Assembly (NCBI RefSeq): GCF_006345805.1
Contig: NC_043009.1
Coordinates: forward strand, 31,000,001 to 31,064,000
Reading direction: 5' to 3'
Source: Octopus sinensis
Taxonomy: Eukaryota
Length of the DNA stretch: 64,000 bases
Part shown: one piece after another, positions 1-11,860 of the stretch
Layout: every line of letters starts with the position of its first letter
How positions within the stretch are numbered: the stretch's first letter is position 1
Program-made: the position numbers and the translations under genes
Notes under the pieces: model-generated
Database searches by the model: none
Told to the model about the DNA's origin: nothing
Seen by the model: only the letters and a program-made list of their open reading frames with translations

Positions 1-263
1 TATAAAGCTGCAATGAGTGTGGCAGTTGATAACCGATTGAAGATATTGGAGACTTTACTTTTCTAACTTTTTTATGAGTCCAGAGATTAATAAGGATAAT
101 TTTATATTTTCCTAGCTCAAATTCAATTAAACGAGTAACTAATATTGATTCAATTGGTTATAACACTCTCCCCCCTTATAATTGACTTTGAATCCAATTA
201 AAAGAACATCCTGGTTTTAGAATATGTATAGCTTATCTCCTATTTGTTATTAGAGACAATTAT

Positions 264-517
264 TATTTACATTATTTACATTTGACGGTTATTTGTCCTC
301 ATCTTGTTTGTTGTTAACACAATATTTCGGCTGTTATACCCTCCAACCTTCATCGGGTGTCTTGGGGAAATTTCGAATCTGGGTTCTCGTTCCTAAGGTA
401 TTTTTTGATGTTATTATTATCATTATTCAGGACACTGCCTGGAATCGAATTTGGAATCTTGGGGTTAGTAGCCTGTGTTCTTATCACCAAGATTCCAAGT
501 TTGATTCCAAGCAGTGA

Positions 518-585
<68 letters not shown>

Positions 586-748
586 TTGAAAAATACTTCA
601 GGAATGAGAACCTAGGTTCGAAATTTCCCCAAGACTCCTGATGAAGGCTGCTGCTGAAACATTGTGTTAACAACAAACAAGATGAGGACAAATATCTAGC
701 AAATGTAAATAATGTACATAATTCCTCATCTCTTAAATATAGAACTGT
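264..748. mobile_element. Foldback non-autonomous element: two head-to-head units of tRNA-like head + (AAT)n + Penelope-like terminal repeat carrying an HHR motif
   Basis: Arm ~270-415 is the reverse complement of ~590-715. The inner inverted pair 426-489/487-525 has A-box-like and B-box-like (ttcgattcc) motifs. A ~35-nt unpaired tail ends at ~748. A second copy lies at 13708-14153. Confidence 0.75.
316..361 (-). ncRNA. Degenerate minimal type I hammerhead motif (core CCGAUGA)
   Basis: Minus strand reads gacac-CCGATGA-a-ggttg..cagcc-GAAA-ta-TT-gtgtt. U4 is changed to C relative to the intact copy at 13754-13799. Confidence 0.55.
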
Positions 749-1177
749 ACAATTATTAGAGTTGGTGACATGAAGGGCATCAAACTGTGAAACACTATCA
801 ACGGAAAACGGTTAAGTGTGATCCTCGTGAACCTTGCAAGACTAAATCCATGTTTTAACAGAAAACTGGGTTTAAAAATGTTTTTTTTTTGCTGCTTTTT
901 TGTTGTTGTATTAGAAAATTAATGTTAAGGTTACTGTAGAAATTAGAATGCTAGTTAAAGTGTTTATGAATTAAATATTATTTGGTCGACAAAAGTCTTC
1001 TGAATTAGGAAAATGTAACAATGTTTACACACTTTCTTACAAAACAAAAGATATACATCCACATCTTTCTACATGCATATAATGATGATATGTGTGTGTA
1101 TGTGTGTATACATTTGTATGCATATATATATATATATATATACATACATATATATATACTTGCATATATAGATGGCC

Positions 1178-1240
1178 AGATAACCGAAGAGCTGGTGTTG
1201 TGAATTTCCACTTCGGCATCTGAAACTCAGAGTTTTATCT
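1178..1240 (+). ncRNA. Degenerate minimal type I hammerhead motif
   Basis: agataa-CCGAAGA-gctg..cggcatct-GAAA-ctcagag-TT-ttatct. Helix I is 6 bp (agataa/ttatct) and helix III is actc/gagt. The core has U4>C and helix II is imperfect. Confidence 0.55.
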
Positions 1241-1340
1241 TAACTATTGAGTAAATGTAACATATTATTTTATAGATAAATTTCCTCTATTTACATAATA
1301 TTGAGGTCTCTTTCTTTCTTTTGTTATCTTACCGTTTTTG

Positions 1341-1375
<35 letters not shown>

Positions 1376-1379
<4 letters not shown>

Positions 1380-1584
1380 GAATAAATAAATGTTTAACGC
1401 AGGTGTAAATCAAATACTTTTACTTTCGACACATGTTTCGAAAATTCACTATTTTTCACTTTCCTGAAGTGCATTGTTTATACCATTTATTCTTTTGAAT
1501 AGTATCAGTGGAAGTTTCGAAATATGTGTCGAAAGTAAAAATATTTGATTACACCTGCGTTAAACTCCATTTATTTATTCATAT
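1376..1584. mobile_element. Penelope-like inverted-repeat element with a degenerate HHR (+, 1459-1535)
   Basis: Arms 1376-~1445 and ~1515-1584 are reverse complements. Plus strand reads ctttc-CTGAAGT...GAAA-tatgtg-TC-gaaag, giving helix I ctttc/gaaag. Confidence 0.55.
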
Positions 1585-2164
1585 ATTATTCAAAATATTC
1601 CATGTAAACGCAAAGTTTCTACCTTTATAAACAAGGAGTTACAACATCTTTACTTGTAAGATTTTTGCTACACTGGTAACTATTTATTTATTTTTTCCGT
1701 GTTAATTGTTAACAAGGTGAAAACACACTTATCTATCTATCTATCTATCTATATATATATATATATATATACATACACACATGAATGATAATGCACACAC
1801 ACACACACATATATATGTAATTATATACATATATTAAATTTTTTTTTAAAATATATCTTGTAAGATTATTTAAAAAGCAAGGAAATCCCTGATGTAGTTA
1901 ATTATGACTTATAAATTCAGGTTGCAAATTCACCAAGTTTGAATTTTTGAGCAACTAAATACAGAACAAATGAATAAATAAATAAATAAAAATATGAAAG
2001 GTATAACTATATAAATGAAGATAGAAAAATAATGAGATATGAATATTCGAAAATGGAAGAGCACAAAATAAGGAATCAATAAAATATGAAACAAAGTTTT
2101 AAAAAATGTTTTTGAAAGAATTTAGAGTAAATACAAGATCAAAATTAATTGGTAAAAAATGCAA

Positions 2165-2360
2165 AACAATTATTGTTATTGTTGTTGCTGCTCTTCTTGT
2201 TGCTATGATTACTATCATCATCATCATCATTGTTATTATTATTATTATCATTATTGTTCTTCTTATTATTATTATCATTACTATTATTATTAGCGTTACT
2301 ATTATTATTATCATCATCATCATTATTATTATTAATATTATTATTATTATTATTGCTATT
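2165..2360. repeat. Compound (ATT)n/(ATC)n microsatellite
   Basis: Trinucleotide runs that account for the poly-I, poly-N and poly-L ORFs at 2099-2463. Confidence 0.9.
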
Positions 2361-2706
2361 AATTTCATGTTCTTCATTTTTATGTTTCAAAGATCATAAG
2401 GTAAATTGGGAAGAGATAAAACCAGTTGAAGGTTACCTATTTTACTTTGCATTACGAAGCTAATTAACTTAGAATATGGAAGAGAGAATTGAAACAAAAC
2501 AAAAATATATCCCAATCTCTTGCAATTGTATATTTAAGAGAATAATGAAGGAACAAAATATTTAGCATAACCCAAGACATTAAAATACTTTGTCAGAGAG
2601 ACAGCTTGTTGCAGATGGATGCATATATCCATGTACGGGTATAATATTGAACTGCATCTGGTTGTGGAGCACTAATTTGGGAATTCTGAAGTTGTATGTA
2701 TCTATC

Positions 2707-2760
<54 letters not shown>

Positions 2761-2877
2761 AATTATATATATATATATATTATACATATATTACCTTGTG
2801 AGTAGATATATTATATATATATATTTATTGTATATATATATTATACATATATATATATATATATACATGTATTATAT

Positions 2878-3030
2878 ATCATCATCATCATCGTCATCAT
2901 CATCGTTTAGCATCCGCTTTCCATGCTGACATGGGTTGGACGGTTCAACTGGGATCTGGGAAGCCAGAAGGCTGCACCAGGCCCAGTCTGATCTGGCAGT
3001 GTTTCTACGGCTGGATGCCCTTCATACTGC
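2878..3030 (-). mobile_element. RTE LINE 3' tail fragment
   Basis: Matches the 3' UTR at 63080-63260, which is attached to the RTE ORF; ends in (gat)n on the minus strand. Confidence 0.8.
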
Positions 3031-3046
3031 CATATGTATAAATAAT

Positions 3047-3082
<36 letters not shown>

Positions 3083-3086
<4 letters not shown>

Positions 3087-3285
3087 TAAGCAATAAAGGG
3101 TTTAGCAACGAATTGCCTTACCACATACTGAATTTAGAAATAGCAGTCAAAGAGTTATAGCTATTTCTTCTACTAAAAAGGGAGATCTCTTTTAGTAGAA
3201 GAAATAGCTATAACTCTTTGACTGCTATTTCTAAATTCGGTATGTGGTAAGGCAATTCGTTGCTAAACCCTTTATTGCTTAGTAT
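3083..3285. repeat. Near-perfect 203-bp palindrome
   Basis: Arms 3083-3178 and 3190-3285 are 96 nt each with one mismatch seen; the spacer is 11 nt. Confidence 0.9.
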
Positions 3286-3451
3286 TACTTAAATTTTCCT
3301 CGAATGAGGCTTTTACATGCCGAAGACTACTTGGTGTAATTGATAATTATTCCAAATTAATTAATTTCACCCTTCATTATTACGGATAACTATATATATA
3401 TATATATATTAAATACATATATATAATAGATATATATATTATATATATATA

Positions 3452-3750
3452 TCACCGTGATCACCATGACCGACAAGGCTATCAGATGTTGCTACACATC
3501 GCGCTTCACATTGTTTTAGCCTTCAAATGACGCCACCCCACTGGCTAAGCAAGCAGGCCAATAGAAGAAAGAGTGAGAGAAAATTGTGGCGAAAGAGTAC
3601 AGCAGGGATCGCCAGCACCCCCTGCTGGAGCCTTGTGGAGCTTTAGGTGTTTTCGCTCAATAAACACTCACAATGCCCGGTCTGGGAATCGAAACCGTGA
3701 TCCTACAACCGCGAGTCTGCTGCCCTAACCACTGGGCCATTGCGCCTCCA
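3452..3750 (-). mobile_element. tRNA-derived SINE
   Basis: Minus-strand head tggaggcgcaatggcccagtggttagggcagcagactcgcggttgtaggatcacggtttcgattccc has A-box and B-box motifs. Confidence 0.75.
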
Positions 3751-3757
3751 CATATAT

Positions 3758-3925
<168 letters not shown>

Positions 3926-3936
3926 TATATACATAC

Positions 3937-3988
<52 letters not shown>

Positions 3989-3989
3989 C

Positions 3990-4048
<59 letters not shown>

Positions 4049-4050
4049 TT

Positions 4051-4451
4051 ATACTCTTATTCTTTTACTTGTTTCAGTCATTAGACAGTGGTCATACTGG
4101 AGCACCGCCTTCAGTCAAGCCCAGGACTTATTCTTTCTAAGCCTGGTACTTATTCTCTTGGTCTCTTTTGCCAAACCGCTAAGTTATGGGGACTTAAACA
4201 CACCAGCATCAGTTGTCAAGCGATGATGAGGGACAAACACAGACACACGAACATATACACACACATGTATGTATATGTATACATGTATACGACAGGCTTC
4301 TTTCAGTTTCCATCTACCAAATCCACTCACAAGGTTTTTCTCGGCCCGAGGCTATAGTAGAAGACACTTGCCCAAGGTGCCACACAGTGGGACTGAACCC
4401 AGAACCATGTGGTTGGTAAGCATGCTACTTACTACACAGACACTCCTGCGC
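4051..4451 (-). mobile_element. Abundant tRNA-derived SINE family with an internal microsatellite (family B here)
   Basis: Head gcgcaggagtg..gtggtaagtagc..gggttcagtccc and tail gactgaaacaagtaaaaga; more than 10 copies in the window. Confidence 0.85.
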
Positions 4452-4479
4452 ATATATATTATACATATATTTTATATAT

Positions 4480-4660
4480 CACGTAAAAAGCACCCACTAC
4501 ACTCGCGGAGTGGTTGGCGTTAGGAAGGGCATCCAGCTGTAGAAACACTGCCAGATCAGACTGGGCCTCATGCAGCCGTCTGGCTTCACAGACCCCAGTT
4601 GAACCGTCCAACTCATGCTAGCATGGAAAACGGACGCTAAATGATGATGATGATGATGAT
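4480..4660 (+). mobile_element. RTE LINE 3' tail fragment
   Basis: Reverse complement of 63085-63260; ends in (gat)n. Confidence 0.8.
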
Positions 4661-4759
4661 GATATACATACCTTATATATATATATATATTTGTTTTTTC
4701 TCTCTAGAGCTGCGGCGATGCTGATGCATTGCCATTTTGCTACACTGTTATTACTGAGA

Positions 4760-4915
4760 GCCTCCTCTAATATGTAGCACTTGGTGAAGAATGGAGTTTG
4801 ATGTAACTACCCTCATTTGCACCTGTTACCATGAGGTAGGTTCGTCTGGGAGTCTCAACAGGAAGAGGTCCAGCTTTGATTTAAAAACCCCTACATCTAC
4901 TTTGTGCAGGTTCCA
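4760..4915 (-). mobile_element. CR1/L2-type LINE ORF2 C-terminal remnant
   Basis: Translates to NLHKVDVGVFKSKLDLFLLRLPDEP, resembling the FKxxLDxFL..PDEP C-terminus of this clade. Confidence 0.55.
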
Positions 4916-5559
4916 GGAAGTAATTCCTCCCTTCCTCTGGACTTTCCAGTAAGTAAATCCTCCCCTTCCTCGGAACTTTCGAGGAAGTAATTCTTCCCCC
5001 TCATTGGAACTTTCCAGGAAGTAGTTCGTCCTCCTGAAACAACCAAAAAGGGACTGCATAAAAATCAACGAAAAACCTGCTAAAACTGACAAAAACGTAG
5101 AACTTATTTCATAACAGTCTACTATAATATATTGATTAAAAAAAACAATACATAACACTAAAATTTTAATATAGTACATTAAAGTCAGTGACACAAACTA
5201 GAGTTATTGTCAAAAGACCACTTGGTTTCAAGTCATACTTTTATTTGCAGGTGAATGTAAGAAGCAAAAGAGAATTGTTTTTGAAAGAAAACTTTGTACA
5301 AGAACAAGGATTTGGAATTTTACCTCTTGCAATAAATATCCTATTCATTTGTTTATTTTCTTTTATCTTAGGTAACATTTGAGTTACGACTTCATTTTTG
5401 TTTACTTTCTGAGAATTTTTCCCTATAATTCTCATTCAACTTTTATTACAGCGACCAATTCGCTTTCAATCTATTTGAAAACTAGGAATCCCGAAATCCC
5501 TTTCTTTTCCCTATTGTTTTTTTTTTTTTTCACTTTATCTCTTTAAAATTCTTCCCCAG

Positions 5560-5673
5560 AGGAAGGAGCTAATTTCTAAGAGAGATACAAGGCTCCATCG
5601 TTGGAATATAGATATCAAATACTATGCCATATTTCAAACTTCAGAAAAACCTTACAGATTTTATTTGTAATGC
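5560..5673 (+). other. Candidate exon (unknown gene or lncRNA)
   Basis: Long pyrimidine tract + cag acceptor and gtgagt donor. All three frames contain a stop, so it could only be a UTR/start exon. Confidence 0.3.
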
Positions 5674-7062
5674 GTGAGTTTGCTGGTTGATTTCTTTTTC
5701 CCGAATCCCTAGCTTATCTAACATGCATTGAAAGAGATTTAATGTGTCTCAGGAGAGTCATTAGGCTGCTAATTAAAACATGTACTGCTTCTGTTTTATT
5801 TCTTTATTCTTTGTGAATTATTTTATTTTTAACCAACTAACTGATTGTTAAATTAATCATTTCGTCAGTCAACTTAACTGAATGATTAATCAAACAATAA
5901 ATTATTTAGGTAAATATTTAGCCAATTTACAAATAATACAGAAGTAAAGTTGAACCAGTAACATGTTTATTATTAGCATATTATCCCTCCCAAATACAAC
6001 AATACAAACATATGTGTGTATATATGCAAAACATCAACTCATTTTCCAAGAATCCTGTATGAAAAATATAACAACTTTTGAATATGATGAGTTGGAAATC
6101 ATGAAAAACAGAAGGCATAGAATTGTCAATGGATGTTGAAATAAGATTCTGGAAGTAAAATACAGTAGTTTGCATTTGATTTTCAAAGTTCTCTTCTAAA
6201 GGGTTTTTGGAAACCAATGAAGGTTTTTAAGATGCCACAGGCAAACTTGCTTTGGAAAGAAATTAAGAATGAAAGACGTATACAAGAACTAGCTAGAAGC
6301 TGGAAGAAAAAATAAAAGGTTTAAGGAAAGAATAGAAATACCTTCTTCATTTATAATACAAGACAGCTTAAAGAAATATTTCCAAGAGAAAAAGGCTTCC
6401 AGATTTTCCAAGATATAATAGTTTCATGTATAGTGATACATAACACATGGATATATTAATCTACAAGCACATTTGAATACACATTCATACAGTACATACA
6501 TACATACATACATACATACATACATACATACATACATACATACATACATAATACATACATACATACATATATACATAATACATACATACATACATACATA
6601 ATACATACATACATATATATATACACACATACACACACTCACACACACACATGTGTATATATATACACACACATATATATTTATATTCATACACACACAC
6701 ACATATATATAATGTTCCCACATGCATACACATATGCATATCTGCACACTCACACACACAAAGAAATTCAAAAACTCACATATACAGATATTCAATAGAT
6801 TAAGTTTTTTGCCTGCAGCATCACAACATTTGCACATACTTTTATATTATATGTGCATTGTGTGTGTGTGTGTGTGTGTGATCATCATCATCATTATCCT
6901 CATCCTCATCATCCTCACCATCTTCCATGCTGTCAAGGGTTGGATAGATCTGTAAGGTCCAAGAAGCCAGAGGACTGCATTAGTTTCCACTGTCTGGCTT
7001 GGCATGGTTTCTGTGGCTCGATGCTGCCCTTCCTAACACCAACAACTTTACAGGATGCTCTG

Positions 7063-7280
7063 TAGAAACGTTAGCACGTCGGGTGAAATGCTTAGCAGTA
7101 TTTTGGCTGCCGTTACGTTCTGAGTTCAAATTCCGCCGAGGTCGACTTTGCCTTTCATCCTTTCGGGGTCGATAAATTAAGTACCAGTTATGCTCTGGGG
7201 TCGATATAATCGACTTAATCCGTCTTTCTGTCCTTGTTTGTCCCTTCTGTGTTTAGCCCCTTGTGGATAGTAAAGAAACA
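7063..7280 (+). mobile_element. tRNA-derived SINE (family C here)
   Basis: gaaacgttagcac..gagttcaaattccgccgaggtcgactttgcc..gtaccag. Related pieces at ~8250-8440, ~45000-45200, ~58300-58410 and ~59030-59225. Confidence 0.75.
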
Positions 7281-7625
7281 GGATACTCTGGCAGTTTTTT
7301 CTGTGACACCAGCACTGCGAAGATGACCAAGTAATTCACAACCCAAGATCCCCCACCATGATAGCTATGATAGTGTGGGGCTACAGTGTTGAGAGAATTA
7401 GCTTTTTATAAGTGTCAAAGGCTAAAGTCTGATAGAGAACAGGAATTTTGCTTCAGAGGATATACCTGGCTTCCCCAGCAAGAAAGATGGGAAGGGCAGT
7501 GCAGATAAGGTGTCTGAGGAAGGGCAGTGCAGATGAAATACAAGAACGTGGATAAAAAGAGAATAGGGACAGACAGTCAAGGATGGTTGGGTGAGGGTCA
7601 CATGATAATTATTACCATCCTTTAA

Positions 7626-7834
7626 ACCTTTGACCACCATCCTGGCTGAAACCGAATCTGGATCTGAGTACAAATGTCTTGTTTTCATAAGTTTTGAATT
7701 AAAAACCTAATCACAATTTATGTTCCTAACACTAGCTTAATGATAACTAAGTTATTTTTCTAAATTCTTTGTCACATTTGAAATTAATCGAAAGAAACAC
7801 AGAGCATCTCAAAATAAATACAGTAACGAAGGGG
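7626..7834. mobile_element. piggyBac-like MITE, copy 1
   Basis: TTAA on both sides (7622-7625, 7835-7838); termini acctttg / gaagggg. Confidence 0.6.
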
Positions 7835-7865
7835 TTAAAATATATAATAGAGAAACAATTCTTAA

Positions 7866-8086
7866 CCCTTTTGATACCAACCTGGCTGAAACTGCCTCTG
7901 GCTCTGTTGTACAAATGTCTTGTTTCCATAAGTTTTGAATTAAAATCTTCCACTAAACTTTAGTCACCTTTTATGTTCCTAACACCAACTTAATGATAAT
8001 TAAGTTATTTTACTAAATTTTTTATTATATTTAAAGTAATTGAAAGAAACTCAGAGCATATCAACAGAAATACAGTAACAAAAGGG
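7866..8086. mobile_element. piggyBac-like MITE, copy 2
   Basis: TTAA-cccttttg ... caaaaggg-TTAA; similar along its length to copy 1. Confidence 0.7.
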
Positions 8087-8434
8087 TTAACATCAATATT
8101 TTCATATATAACATTTAAACATCCATTTTTAAAAACCCCATTTTATGTTTATTCTTTGTTTTACAGCTTTGATAATGAGTGGTGGAAAAATTGAAATTAG
8201 AACCGTTTTATGCCTCTTTTATTCCAGAAGAAAGGGCGAAGAGCAAGGGTAGTGGCAAATGCTTAGCTCTATTTTGTTTGTAATTACATTTAGAGTTCAA
8301 ATTCTGCTGAGGTCAACTTTGCTTTTCATCCTTTAAGGGTCTATAAAATAATTACCAGTTATTCACTGGGGTTGATGCACTCAACTTACCTCTTCCCCAC
8401 AAATTTCAGGCCTTGTGCCTAGAGTAGAAAGATT

Positions 8435-8487
<53 letters not shown>

Positions 8488-8650
8488 TATACTTGTGTGT
8501 GTGTGTATGTGTGTGTATATATATATATATATATAAATGCAATTTCAAAATAAGTTAATTAAAATCAAAATAAGCAACAGGGATATCCAGAGGTAATGCA
8601 GTACAATCGTTTCAAGCAACTCCATTTAATTGAACAATGCAATCATTACA

Positions 8651-9030
8651 TCAATTTAAATGCAGAGCAATGTATTGATTACCAGCCTCCAGTCTGTCGA
8701 TAATTTGGGGCCCTAGTCTATGTATGAGTATAGCCTCCTTAATTCTTAAATTACCCAAATTTCTTGCATTGAACTCACTTGTGACTGTTATGGTTTTGTC
8801 AGTGTTCCGGCATCTGTCCAGATGTTTTCTGAAGGAGGAAGCTCTCGTATTCAGATGTTCTTTGATATGGACATGTAACGGTCTTGTTGTGCTACCCACA
8901 TAGAACCTGTTGCATTTGTTACATTGTATTCTATACACAACATTTACCCATTGGCATAAATCTGTGTCACGGATGGGACAGTTTGTTAATGTACATTGAT
9001 TGTTGTCCCTTGTTTGTTTCTTAGTGAGGT
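8651..9030 (-). mobile_element. Penelope-like element GIY-YIG endonuclease fragment (5'-truncated)
   Basis: CTLTNCPIRDTDLCQWVNVVYRIQCNKCNRFYVGSTTRPLHVHIKEH...LRIKEAILI shows the VVY-YVG motif, the upstream Cys cluster and the conserved Glu of PLE endonucleases. No RT is seen upstream. Confidence 0.85.
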
Positions 9031-9684
9031 GTCCTCTCAGAGAGGGGCCGGAGGAATTTGAATAAGTAAAAGCAGAAGAGAACATTCATATATAATGGAA
9101 TGCTTCTTACAGTTTCCATCTATCAAATCCACTCACAAGGCTTTAGTTAGCTGAGGGTTATAGAAGAAGAAATTTGCCCAAAGTGCCATGCACTGAGATA
9201 GAACCCAGAACCACATTAAGTTTTATATTGACAAATGTGCTTGAGCGGTATGAATGTCACTCTTTAAACATTCGAAGCTGCTAAAAATGCATTAAAAAGT
9301 AAAAAAAAGAAGGATGTCCTGAGACTACAAGCATTGTATATTACAAGTGAGAGTGACATACCATGTGCAATTAGATGCACATGAAAGTGTGCATGTAGAA
9401 GCATCTGCATATATACATACACACACATGTATATATGCAAATACATTCATATATATATAAGTACATGTATACAGACACACAGGCCCACATATACATACAT
9501 ACACCAGTAAATATATTCATACATACTCAGATGTACACATACATATACACACACCTAAATACATACACTCATACATATACAGCTCTACAGACACGCACCA
9601 GTAGACACATTCAAGCATATTCACTCCCACATATATACACATACACACTCTTTGAAATATATAAATACACACATACACATATAG

Positions 9685-9741
<57 letters not shown>

Positions 9742-9874
9742 CAAACACACACACATACACATACACACACATACACTCATACACCCACATACTACACAAT
9801 AGCCAGTGTGATCAAGCGACTGTCATGTTTCTTGTAAAATGTGCCATAACCAAACTAGAATTTCTGTCTTTTAG

Positions 9875-9917
9875 AGATTCCACAATACAGGAATTTACTG
9901 CATGGCATTAAAAGAGA
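9875..9917 (+). CDS. Candidate coding exon, (Q)IPQYRNLLHGIKR(D), unknown protein
   Basis: Acceptor tttctgtcttttag and donor gtaaga; phase-compatible with 15902-15952. Confidence 0.3.
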
Positions 9918-10445
9918 GTAAGAGACATGAGGTCAATAGTTAGAACTGCTGGACTCTTTCAGTTCAACATCTTTGATCTCTTCAATTATATTCCATTCAT
10001 TCTCATTTTCTGCTTTTTATGCGCCTTTAATTTCCTTTTGGATTCTTTGTTTTATTTACCATTTTTCCTATTCTCTAAATCTCTTCCATCTGCTTCTAAC
10101 CTCAATTGTTGTTTCATACACTTCTCTTGACACTCACGCAGATGACATACACACACATTGACACATGTGCACGAACGCACGCACGCACATACACAAGCAC
10201 ACAGAAACACACACACACACACACATACACATAATAACATTTGTATGTTATGGGCATTCACATCTCTCTGCCAGCCTCTTTCTTTTCTCTCCCCTTCTCT
10301 TTCCTCTCTCCTTTTCTCTTTCTCTCTCCCCATTATATATATATATGTATATGTACACACACACACATATGTATAGAGTCACGCACAAACATACATGCGT
10401 AATATATATACACATATATACATATATACACATATATATAAAATT

Positions 10446-10494
<49 letters not shown>

Positions 10495-10696
10495 TATAAA
10501 AATATACATACATACATACATATACACACACACAGGTGCAGGAGATGCTGTGTGGTAAGAAACATTCTTCCTAACCACATGGCTCCAGGTTCAGTCTCAC
10601 TGTAAGGCAGCTTGGGAAAGTGTCTTCTACTATAACCTCAGGCTCACCAAAGCTTTGTGAGTGGATTTGATAGATGGAAACTGAAAGAAGCCCATC

Positions 10697-10756
<60 letters not shown>

Positions 10757-10758
<2 letters not shown>

Positions 10759-11265
10759 CATAAATGAGGGCAAAGGAAAAAAATTTCTAATGCCAAATAT
10801 GCCGAAAAATTGGACATATTGTCCATTAACCATATAATTTTTTCACAATACACACGCTACTCGAAAAAAGGTTGACAGAAATTTCAAAAAAATTCCATTA
10901 TTACCATATCGGACCGATTTCAGAGTTAGCTACTAAGAGCCCTCTCTTCGTCAGTGATACATGTCGCAAAAGAAATAAATGAGATACTTACTCATACCCA
11001 TGGAAGAAGCAAATACTAAGTCATGGGCACAACTAAGTACCCCAAATACATCCAAAATAGAAATACTCCAGCCCATTCAAGGCATGTGCGATTAGAACTG
11101 AGGTCCTCACAGAGTGAGTTAGTTAGTTCGGAAGTGAACGCTTAAATTTATATCAAATGTGAGGATAAAATTCTTTTCGAAAAAAAATATTTTCTCGAAA
11201 AAAATTTTATCAATGGCCAGCATATTAAAAAATACCTTTAACGGTTAAATTTATAAAAAATTCAT
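10757..11265 (-). mobile_element. Penelope-like terminal-repeat fragment nested in a SINE
   Basis: Contains the HHR motif at 10908-10958 and abuts (TA)n. Confidence 0.55.
10908..10958 (-). ncRNA. Minimal type I hammerhead ribozyme, core intact
   Basis: atca-CTGACGA-agag..ctct-GAAA-tcgg-TC-cgat, with a GUC triplet. The first helix I pair is an A-C mismatch. Confidence 0.7.
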
Positions 11266-11495
11266 GTAGTATTTGTGTGTCTGTGTTTGTCTCCCAACAT
11301 CGCTTGACAACCAATGATGGTGTGTTTACACCCCTGTAACTTAGCAGTTTGGCAAAAGACACCAGCAAGAATAAGTACTAGGCTTTAAAAAAATAAGTCC
11401 TGGGGTCAGTTTGTTCGACTAAAGGCAGTGCTCCACCATGGACACAACCAAATGACTGAAACAAGTAAAAGAGTAAAAGAGCATATATATATTAA

Positions 11496-11817
11496 TGCAT
11501 GTGGCTTAGTGGTTAGGGTGTCCGGCTCATGATTGTAACGTCATGAGTTCAATTCCCGACAACACACTGTGTCCTTGAGCAAGACACTTTATTTCACATT
11601 GCTCCATTCCACTCAGCTGGCAAAGATGAGTTGTACCTGTAATTCAAAGGGGCCAGCCTTGTTACACTCTATGTCACTCTGAATCTCCCAGTGAACTATG
11701 TTTAAGGGTGTGCATGTCTGTGGAGTGCTCAGCCACTTGCACGCTAATTTCATAAGCAAGCTGTTCCATTGATTGGATCAACTGGAACCCACATCATCAT
11801 AACTGACTGAGTGCCAC
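11496..11817 (+). mobile_element. tRNA-derived SINE (family A here)
   Basis: Head gtggcttagtggttagggtg..gagttcaattccc. Related copies at ~16650-16965(-), ~33350-33540(-), ~39170-39455(+), ~40515-40850(-) and the head at 47640(+). Confidence 0.8.
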
Positions 11818-11818
11818 C

Positions 11819-11860
<42 letters not shown>

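Larger units (their letters stand above)
10534..11482 (+). mobile_element. SINE family B copy split by an insertion in its (TA)n tract
   Basis: Head at 10534-10697 and tail at ~11272-11482, with unrelated sequence between them. Confidence 0.7.

Noticed and set aside
3680-3750. tRNA-like sequences here and at 11496, 47640 and elsewhere as genuine tRNA genes
   Set aside because: They continue into SINE bodies, occur as diverged copies and lack a proper acceptor stem.
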